A stretch of DNA of 56,316 nucleotides, counting the filler, from Asterionella formosa (lineage: Eukaryota), in NCBI GenBank assembly GCA_002256025.1. It is 6 parts of 6 records of this genome, joined end to end, with 100 filler letters (N's around TTAATTAATTAA, not from the genome) between each part and the next. Parts side by side here need not be neighbours in the genome. Positions count along the whole stretch, not along the records: positions 9,410 to 18,716 come from NKIB01010840.1; positions 18,817 to 28,121 come from NKIB01010851.1; 4 more parts are not named here. One strand, given 5' to 3'. Every line of letters starts with the position of its first letter. The first letter of the stretch is position 1. The notes below the pieces were generated by a model. It was not told the DNA's origin. It was given only the letters and a program-made list of their open reading frames with translations, and ran no database searches. This document shows, piece after piece, positions 10,709 to 20,014 of this stretch. The position numbers and the translations under genes were made by a program.

Positions 10709-10853
10709 AGCTCACAAAACGCGAACTAATTAATAATAACAAATCGAATTTTCTTGTCAATGTTGACGACTATGGACGAAAACAGCAAATAGCTCACAAA
10801 ACGCGAACGAATTCATTAAGCAACAAATCGAATATTCTTGTCAACGTTGTCGA
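10709..10853. repeat. 82-bp-period imperfect tandem repeat upstream of the PAP2 gene
   Basis: agctcacaaaacgcgaac...acaaatcgaa(t/a)ttcttgtcaa at 10709 and 10791. Confidence 0.8.
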
Positions 10854-10967
10854 TCAATCCACACATGCTTAAGCAGCCGCGACAAGAACTATGAGGGCTG
10901 TTGGAAAGCGGTACGTCATCAAATCTTATGATGAAGCCCTGTGTGGTAGTCTATACAGTAGGGAGCG

Positions 10968-11783
10968 ATGGTTGCTACAGAGAATCTTCCCTTCTCCAAA
11001 AATGTAACTAACAAACTGATGCTCTTTTGCAATGTCTCATCAAGGTCTCCATTGATTTCCTCTGCTTTCATCTGTTTTTGCATTTGCTTGGTTGGGAATA
11101 TTTTCTTCAAGCTTGTACCACTGATTTATCCACAGATGTCGAGGAAGACAATCCCATCAGAACAATACCATCTAAATCATCCATTCATCGAACAAGAAAC
11201 GGTCCCAAACTGGGCTTTGTTGGTCCTTTGCGGCATACTTCCGATTCTGTGCTTTGTTGTCCTTGATTGGTTTGTCTATCCCCATGATGGTGACGCCCTT
11301 TTGAGATGCTGCACGCTGTTTCTAGCCATCGGATTGACAGGTTTCGTCACCGATTTTCTCAAGTTGTGCTGTCACCAACCGAGGCCTAACTTTTACCAAA
11401 TGGTTATGTTCGATGAACAAAATGCTTTCATGTCATTTCCTTCTGGTCATTCCAGCCTCTCCTTCACTGCCATGCTGTTGATATCATTGTGTCTTGTGGA
11501 AAAGTTCCATAGTACACCATATTGCCTCACTTTTAGCCCCATGTTGGTGGCATCCCTGGTTGCATGGAGTCGAGTCCATGATCATTGGCATCATCCTGTC
11601 GATGTTTGTGCTGGTGCTGTCATCGGCATTGCTTCTGTTATTATAACTTGTCAAATATGGTACGTTATCAAATGTGATGTAGTATGGTTCCACTGGTGTT
11701 GTGATGGATGCTACAGAGAACCTTGCTTCCTGTCTCCACTAAAGTTAACCCACTTTTCCTTATTCTCAGCATCTCGTCCATAG
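10968..11783 (+). CDS. PAP2-family lipid phosphate phosphatase (start uncertain)
   Basis: Motifs KxxxxxxRP (KLCCHQPRP), PSGH and SRxxxxxHxxxD (SRVHDHWHHPVD); several hydrophobic helices. Confidence 0.88.
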   Translation: MVATENLPFSKNVTNKLMLFCNVSSRSPLISSAFICFCICLVGNIFFKLVPLIYPQMSRKTIPSEQYHLNHPFIEQETVPNWALLVLCGILPILCFVVLDWFVYPHDGDALLRCCTLFLAIGLTGFVTDFLKLCCHQPRPNFYQMVMFDEQNAFMSFPSGHSSLSFTAMLLISLCLVEKFHSTPYCLTFSPMLVASLVAWSRVHDHWHHPVDVCAGAVIGIASVIITCQIWYVIKCDVVWFHWCCDGCYREPCFLSPLKLTHFSLFSASRP

Positions 11784-12364
11784 GGCAGCCACCATGCAAA
11801 CTGATCATGCCATGAAGGGCGATCCCAACTTGCAAAATATGTGAAAGCACTCTGAGCAAAACATAGATACCAGTGTCATGGTGGGGCAATTTTGTTTGGG
11901 TTCTTGTCCACTGCACCTGGTCCTTGCTCGCGCAAAATATCATACAACCACATGGTCATATGCGCCCATCGGATTTACTGTACATACCGGTACCAGGGTT
12001 ACCCTGGCACCGGTATATGCCTGTGACAATCCAAAACATCACTTGTAGCTACATGCCTGTAGACACCAATGAAAAATGAACCATAATAATACATATCAGA
12101 TCATAGTACGAATGAAATGATCTATAGGTGCCGGTACCTGGTAGCATAACTACTGGTACCAGGTAGCTGCTGTAGACTAGTACCACAGTCTTTATTTTGT
12201 AAATAATTATACTGGCATGTCTGAGTCTGTAGCGTATTTGTGCCAGGGTACCTCGTACCGGTACCATACCATGGTACTTCCGTTCATGTACCCATGCTCA
12301 ATAGTATTAAAAAAATTTCACAGCTGACGATCACAGCTACCGGTATGCAACAAGTACATCAGTC

Positions 12365-14008
12365 ATGGCTCAAAATGGGACGGGCTACGGCGGCGATGGG
12401 TCCTCGGATGTGCGATCACGTCAAGCTGGCAAGAAGAAAGCGGCCTTGCAAGAAAACAGGCTGGCTTCGCAGCAACAGAAAGAGTTGAATGCTGCATTAA
12501 AGACTCTGTGGCGAACAGCTCCTTCCGAATCGCTTTTATCCACCATTAAACAAGTTATGAGGAACCAAATTCCGTCAGAATGGTCGAAGCGACGAAAGCT
12601 GTACGAACATGTTCTGGAAGCATCACGATTGATAGCCAGCCATCATGCAGAGCTCCTCGGGGACGAAGATGACCAAGAGTCTTTGCTTGCTGCCCTGCTC
12701 GAGTTTTCACAGCACGCAGATCTCATTTCCAAACACGACAGCATTCCAAATTTGTCGGATCATGAACTTGTAAAATTGATTCTGAACGTACGAGACTTAG
12801 CCACTCATGCCTCTCGGCGTATCTCGACGAAACCAGAGCTATGCGTCATCGATTCCCAGGAACACTACCGACAAGCACTTCGGCCTCTGAGGTTTGACCT
12901 AGTCGAAGAATTGAAGGGTCATGCTTTTGCCAAGTTAGGACAATCTGCCGCAATGGACACACGAAAGCTGTTTCAAGAACTCACTGCCTATAAGACGGCC
13001 CTTCCTATCGAGTATGGATCTAGTATCTTTGTTCGAGCTGTTGAAAATCGGTTGGATTTGCTGCGAGCCATTATTACAGGACCAGAGGAAACACCCTATT
13101 CCAACGGAATCTTTGTTTTTGATATCTATCTTGGGGAATACCCCGCGAAGCCACCAAATGTGCAGTTTTTGATTACAGGAGGCGGTAAGTATCGGTTCAA
13201 TCCTAACTTGTATGAGAATGGCAAAGTATGTTTAAGCTTGTTAGGGACGTGGTCTGGTCCAGGATGGACACCTGGAGAATCAACCTTGCTGCAAGTATTA
13301 GTTTCTATCCAAAGTCTCATTTTCGTTGACGACCCTTTTTTCAATGAGCCTGGTTTTGAAGCTCACAGAGGTACTCCTCATGGGGCTGAACAGTCGAAAG
13401 GCTACAATAAGAACATCAGAAAATACACATTAGAATGTGCCATTCTTCCTTTTCTACAACAACCTTGTCCTTTTCCAGAATTCGCCGATATTTGCGAAAA
13501 ACACTTTTGCAACAAGAAATTTGTCTTGGAAAAACAGCTATTTCAGTGGTACAAGGAGGATAAAAATCTTCATCGAAAATATGCTCTGGCCTTGGATTGC
13601 TTTGACCATGGCAACGCAAAGGCAAAGGCGACACCTCCGACACAAATGATCAAGACCGCAGAGGTGAATGGAGTTGTAGAGATTTTCGACGACGACGATG
13701 AAATAGTCAACAAACCAGTTGCCAAGCGAGCCAAGTTGGATGATGAAGTGCTATTGTTGGATAGTTGTACCATTTCATCCAAAGGCCCCACTGAAGGTAC
13801 CTCTCAAAATAGCCCGATTGATTTGGTAGGATCGGATGGGGATGAATCCGCAATCAATGAAAATGACAGCGAAAAAACGAATAAACATTCATTGTTGAAA
13901 GACCAAATCATACTGCCAATCCAGTCCTCAGGTGCATCTGCTAATTCTGCTCACAGGGATGTCAAGTGCGATTCAAGCTGTCAAAGCAATACTGTCGACC
14001 TCACGTGA
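12365..14008 (+). CDS. BIRC6/UBE2Z-like ubiquitin-conjugating (E2) protein with an acidic tail
   Basis: RAIITGPEETPYSNG...YPAKPP...RFNPNLYENGKVCLSLLGTW with catalytic Cys; STLLQVLVSIQSLI; PFFNEPG. Confidence 0.92.
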   Translation: MAQNGTGYGGDGSSDVRSRQAGKKKAALQENRLASQQQKELNAALKTLWRTAPSESLLSTIKQVMRNQIPSEWSKRRKLYEHVLEASRLIASHHAELLGDEDDQESLLAALLEFSQHADLISKHDSIPNLSDHELVKLILNVRDLATHASRRISTKPELCVIDSQEHYRQALRPLRFDLVEELKGHAFAKLGQSAAMDTRKLFQELTAYKTALPIEYGSSIFVRAVENRLDLLRAIITGPEETPYSNGIFVFDIYLGEYPAKPPNVQFLITGGGKYRFNPNLYENGKVCLSLLGTWSGPGWTPGESTLLQVLVSIQSLIFVDDPFFNEPGFEAHRGTPHGAEQSKGYNKNIRKYTLECAILPFLQQPCPFPEFADICEKHFCNKKFVLEKQLFQWYKEDKNLHRKYALALDCFDHGNAKAKATPPTQMIKTAEVNGVVEIFDDDDEIVNKPVAKRAKLDDEVLLLDSCTISSKGPTEGTSQNSPIDLVGSDGDESAINENDSEKTNKHSLLKDQIILPIQSSGASANSAHRDVKCDSSCQSNTVDLT

Positions 14009-14113
14009 AAACAGTGAATGATTTCAAAAGGAGGAGGCAGCATTTTTGATCTCTTACTTGATGAGGGTCTTATTGATACAAGGTACTCACTGTCCCCCAA
14101 TAAGAGGGCTCGT

Positions 14114-14770
14114 CTAGCCCCAAACTTCTTCACAAGTCAAATCTATGCTTCCTTCCACTTGGTCTGTGTGCGCTCCAAGACTCGCCAGGTTCAATACAGC
14201 GGCAGCATCCACTACTCTAGGTTGAACGTGTCTTCTTTGGCCATTGACAATTGTCAGTGCTTGTTCAGCCAAAATCAAAAAGGTGGCCACTAACAGAGTT
14301 GATCCAGCACCATCACTACCAGCAGTAAAGAAACTAAAGTCCACTGTTAGTTCTTGAGGTTTTAAAGATGGATTTCTTTGAATGGTTTTCTGAATGATTT
14401 GTTTAGCGATGAGGGATGAAACTCCTGGCCAGCATCCTGTACTAACTATACAGGAGACTTGTGCTTCAGCTGTATATTTGGATTTGACTGCCATTGCAGT
14501 GCAGTAGTCATTGTTCAAATCCACATATGGGACCTTTGCATCAACTGCTGCAGCGAGCACACCATTCAGAACATTAACTTTTCCTTCAAAGGGTCCAGCT
14601 GTATGAACCACCAAATCAAAATTATCAGCATCCAATACCTTGGCTACACTCTCCGCACTCTCCCAATTCAATGTGTGAAAGTACACAGTCCCCATTGCGT
14701 CAGCCAGGTCCAGAATGACATCAGACCATCCAGACAAAGGTATGAATCTTTGCTGGTGCCCCCAACAGTC
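14114..14770 (-). pseudogene. Saccharopine dehydrogenase-like oxidoreductase fragment
   Basis: DLVVHTAGPF, VPYVD, STGCWPGVSSL, DFSFFTAGS motifs; N-terminal Rossmann start and C-terminal part missing or out of frame. Confidence 0.7.
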
Positions 14771-15445
14771 ACACTACTTCCTCTTTTAATGAATATCAAG
14801 GACATGGCTGAACATTGGGAAACATTGTTAACCATTGTTAAATTGTCTAATTGAAATATCACTGATTTTACTTTAAAGATCACTAAAGCTGAAAACATAT
14901 TTTCACTTTATACTGTGTAATATTTTAAGCAATTTTTTAATAGTCTATCTGATCTTGTTCTCTCATGATTACTCTGTTATTTAGCGTTGTTTTTACGTGA
15001 TTCCTCATGTAAGCCCCAACAAGATACATCACACTTTCCCTGATCATTTTTCAATACATAAGGATCTCAAATCATTCGACAATATATGAGCATCTCAAAT
15101 ATATTGTGGCATAGAAATTACATGTCTTGGTTTTTGACCACTCAAAGATATCAAGAAAATTCCATACATTTATCAAACCATAACCCAAACCAGTCTAGAC
15201 ACTGTAAACATGCAAGCAAACTCATAACTAGTTTCAAAACATTCATTTGACTACATCAGAAAAAGCTCGAGTAATAGTGATTAATATGTATGATATTCTT
15301 CAAGGGGATAGCTTCATAAGTTGGTCACTTCATTAACTTCATTTGTCATGTAAGGAAGGATTAACATCAATACACCTCAAAAAAACCAAAATTCAGACAC
15401 CAACACAAGTAGGTAGACAGTTAAGTAAATCGAATCAAATGCCAA

Positions 15446-16705
15446 TTAATCCATCCTGGAATTTCGTTCCTTGCTGTCCTTTCTCCCGTGAGAACTCAAA
15501 GTAAAGGCCATGGCTGCAAACATGGCAGCATTCATGAATCTCGACACCGCCGCCTTGTCTTTGTGCCCATCATCATGGCCACGTGTTTCTTGAGCAACGT
15601 CATTTTCCACTGCTGAGACGTTTTCCACTTCCGATTCCGGCAGAGTCATGTCCGGAATCAATTCCTTCTCAAGAGTAACTACTTGAGGTAGAGGGGAAAC
15701 CTGCTTCTTCTTCCTACTACCCTTTCCTTGCTTTTGGATTCTGTCGCTCGACTCGAGCCTCTTGACTGCTTGGCCCTGTGCCTTTGCTCGCCTTACCTAG
15801 GAAACCAAGAAAAATGTGAGAATAAGTTAACAGTGACACTAAACAAAACAAGGCCTCCTTAGTAACACACGTACCGCTCGCAAAATTTTCTTATTTTCTA
15901 ACAAGGGTTGGGCTATATTCAATTGTGATTTTCCAGAAACCCCCTTCATAATGGCCACAAGGATTTCATCTCGCTGCAAATCATAACCTTGAATCGCAAC
16001 GGTATTAATCAACTCTCGTCCAAATTCAGTAGTTCGACATAACCCTGTATACCCTTGCGATTTTAAGTCGTCGTCAGTGGCCATATCTGGAAGTTGCTTC
16101 AAAATGTCTGCAATCGACGTACGCTCCTCTACATTATAAGACACGTGGATGAATTCAAACTTGCGCTTTTTGGAATTGAGAAGTAAGACAATCGCCCTGA
16201 TCCACTTCAAGTCTTGAATCGAATACATTGTTTCAACGTAGTGAACATCCGTCAGGGGTTTGCCCAAATCGTCGGCAAAGCGAAGGGTCTTTTTGTGCTT
16301 GGTAGCACCAGGAGTTGGTTCACTGATAAATTTGACGGGTCTTGACGGTGAAACATCCAAGTCTGAAGGCGCGAATTGCATAAAGTCGGGTGTGACTGGC
16401 CTGGGTAAAACATGCAGTGCAGCATCTGCTGATTCGGAGTCTTCATGTATAAAGGCAAAACTCAGAAAGTCTTCGCAATCCATGTCTTCCACCATTGGCT
16501 CATCATGAAATGGATGGAATAATTCCTCTGTGCTGGTGGAATCAAATGACGTCTCCTGGGGTTGCTCGCCTTCTCCATCGTCCAGGTTTTCGTAGCGTTC
16601 TTGGCTTCGCTTCCATAGTCGTGCGCTGGAGCCTAATTTGGCTCGTCGCTTCCTACGATGCCGTTCGAGTCGGCTCGAGGAGGTGACTGTGCACGTGTCC
16701 GTCAT
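15446..16705 (-). CDS. Two-exon protein of unknown function (~393 aa) with a PP1-docking-like motif; exons 16705-15875 and 15796-15446
   Basis: 78-bp GTACGT...CTAG intron (15797-15874) joins ORF 15839-16705 in frame to ORF 15446-15661; motif KKTLRFADDLGKPLTDV. Confidence 0.75.
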
Positions 16706-18528
16706 GGAAAGAAGGGGGAAGGGGCTCTTGAAACAAGAAATGTTGCAATCACTAGCGGTTCACGCGAAAGTGGAAAGTAACAAGTTCTTGCGGTGCGAAT
16801 ATGCAACAGTCACGTGATGTTACTTTTCGCTGTAGTTCCGTTTGTTCAGATCGACTTGGAGAGCCTTTTCGACTATTTCCCGACTTTGTGTTTGATTTCA
16901 ATGACAAGCCATGCGATTGTGGAGTGGGGTTGTGTTAGCACTAAATCAATTCCTTCACTTCATCTGCTCAATAAATAAATGTTGCCTCGGAAGCAGCAAT
17001 CCTCTTTGCTTGCACGGGTTAATCAGCGATAATTCACAAGTACAGTACTGCTAGTTAGTACTACTAGTTAGTACATACCGGTAGTTGGGAACAGACGATG
17101 AAAAGACCGCGGGAATGTTCAAAGGAGATTGGCTAACTCTTCTTACTCGGGATAGGGTTAGCGAATTAAAATCACAACGTCACCCATAATGACAGCTTGT
17201 CGATGCCACCATTTGTGTCTTACAGAGAATCTTCGTAGAAGTCCTTCGCATGTTCATAATAATTCATACAAAATGCATTTTACTGAAGTTGTACTACCAG
17301 AACCTACCGGTAGTCTACATGTTAGTATATAGGCAACATAAAGAGAAGAAGGATGGACAAAAAAAATCAGATTTGCCACTCCTGCCAGTGCTTTTACTTA
17401 TGCAGGGACATCATTATTTAAAAGCACTTGGTGGTACCAAGTACGTACAATTATTAACAACTTCCAGTACTTGTATGCGGTCATGCACAGTACTTGTATG
17501 TGCCTGGTATTTATATTATATATGAAGAAATTTCAACGGATGCCGGTATTTGAGTCGGTATGTATCCTGTGTTTAAGTGAGCATACATGCCGGCAATCAC
17601 TTTATATATAGGCAACGAGAGTAATTCACTTGTATACAAATTTGTAGAACCAATATAAAATTTTCAAGATACAGGTGTTGACGTGGTCTGGGTTTGAAAT
17701 AGTATTGGGCGCGCTCTGATATTGGGCGGACTTCGAAATTAAAAAATAATTTTTGCATGTGTGTACTTCAACATACGTTGTTGTACTCATAACCCAAATA
17801 TTGACCAAATTTGGTAAATTCGGTAAAGCACCTCGGGGGGCTTACCAGGTATATCAAATTTGGTCAATACAAACACAAATTTTTCATTGTTATAAATAAC
17901 AGTGCATTATTATATAAGAAGATAAAAACAGCAGATTCAACCTGCAGCAACAGTAACTGCAGCAACAGAATATGATGAACATGATGATGTCAATCATGTC
18001 ATCCATGTTGAATCATGGGGTACCTCAAACAACCACCTCAACTGCCCATGCTGAACCCATTCAGGCAATGATGAATTCAATGATCATGGCTTCAAAGCCA
18101 AAATCAAGACTCAACAGCAGCTTTCAATACACAACAAAAAATCCTCACCCTCTTGGTTGAGGCATTTCAAGTCTTACAGTAAAATTTCTTTTTTTAAATC
18201 TCATGTACTTTCAGTCAAGTGTTCAATTACTTTGGCAAGGATGAATTTACCTGGGCAGTGTTCGCACAATTGGCAAAAAGAAAAAATCCCTTTTATTCCA
18301 CCAGCATTGCTGCCAATATACCTTTTCAGGCAAGAGCAAGCCATTTCTGGAATAAGCACACAAGTCAAGAAATTTTCTGGGAATTTATATACTGTCATTC
18401 ATGCCTATGTACGGTAGACATATTTTTTTATATTACACTTTTTTTTATAACAGTAAAGAATAAATTTGGTCAACACAACGACAAATTTTGGGGTTATGAG
18501 TACAACGATTTGTGTTATAAGACCCGTA

Positions 18529-18716
18529 TGAGCGATCTTGCGCATCAATACAGATGTATATAGGGTTAGTGTTATATCATATATGTATCAGAACTCAATA
18601 ATGAGAGAACTCGACTAACCCTCATTGTATACTTTGGTGTCGACTTGGAGAACGAGTTACACACAAGGATTAACAAATAAGCTCATATATTCAACAAATA
18701 CTACTACTTCTAGTTA
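18529..18716 (+). repeat. LTR-like repeat at the right end of contig 2, inverted relative to 9691-9878
   Basis: 188-bp near-perfect reverse complement; begins TGAGCG. Confidence 0.9.
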
Positions 18717-18816
18717 NNNNNNNNNNNNNNNNNNNNNNNNNNNNNNNNNNNNNNNNNNNNTTAATTAATTAANNNNNNNNNNNNNNNNNNNNNNNNNNNN
18801 NNNNNNNNNNNNNNNN

Positions 18817-19355
18817 TTCCTTCATGTTCGATTGACCAAATGAAATGGGATCCATAGGATTGTTCTTGTTTGGTGTTGAAGTTGTTGGGGAAGGAGGATA
18901 TGCTGCATTTGTTGTTGTTGTTGATGATGTTGGCTGAGTTGTGTTGGCTACTGTTGGTTTGCGGTTCTTGTTTGCATCAATGATTTTTTTATATCATTTA
19001 GTAAATTGTCACCAATTGAATTACCATCGAAAGAAAATATAGTCAAGACAGTATTAGGATTGACCTTGAAAGCCTCTGCAATGGCCTTGGCTCCGTCAGC
19101 ACCAATTGAATTACTACAGAGATAAATTGTAGTCAAGACAGTATTGACCTTGAGAGCCTCTGCAATGGCCTTTGCTCCATCATCACCAATTGAATTATTC
19201 CAGAGAGAAAGTGTAGTCAAGACAGTATTGACCTTGAGAGCCTCTGCAATGGCCTTGATTCCATCAACATCAATAAAATTAACATAGAGATCAAGTTTAG
19301 TCAAACTTGGATCATTCGCTTTCAACCGTTTGACATCTTCTTCCCATCTAGGCAT
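18817..19355 (-). pseudogene. LRR-family member A: 4 LRR units + linker, 1-bp frameshift, truncated by the contig start
   Basis: MPRWEEDVKRLKANDPSL start; frameshift in the homopolymer at 18984-18990 relative to the 7090-7110 homolog; restored frame reads ...TTTTNAAYPPSPTTSTPNKNNPMDPISFGQSNMKE. Confidence 0.85.
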
Positions 19356-19419
19356 TGTCAATGTCGTTGTCTTGAATGTAATGGAAGTTGTTTATTGACG
19401 AGCGACTTTTTTCTTGTTC

Positions 19420-19642
19420 GAGTGAAAAGTGTTTTTTGTGTTCAAACTCCTTTTCTCGTGCTGCCAAAATAGTTTCTCTACCACTTGTCATAGAATTCTA
19501 CGCAACTCATTCCTCCCACATGATAGATGGAAGATGCCGGAAATATAGCTACATATGATGCATGATGATGATGGTAATTTATACGATTGGACTACCCGTA
19601 TGTATACGATTGAATTACGGGGAGTGATAGAAGGGCTTATAT
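19420..19642 (-). promoter_or_regulatory. Conserved upstream cassette of the LRR family
   Basis: Homologous to 7625-7907 and 3922-4135. Confidence 0.75.
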
Positions 19643-20014
19643 AAAACTGTTCGCATATGTAATAATAACATTCATTTGCGTGCATGTCGTATGATGTCGC
19701 TCGTGTTTGTAATTCTTGATTCTTGTCCATCACAGTTAGTACCCGAAATAATTTCTCTACCAACTGATGTCCTTGAGTTCTACATGAAAGCTCTAAATAA
19801 CTTCTTTTTCAGTCATCACCATGATGCCGGAACGTTTGTCCCTCATAATATATGTTTGTACATATGCCCTTCGTGATATGTGCAGTATATGAGCAATAAA
19901 GTATGGTGTTGAAAGGGGCTTTGTGTAAATGATAGAAACAGTCACACATATCACCTACCGATGTTTATCAATATTGCATATCTTCATATAAACTTATATA
20001 AAATGCAGAATGGA

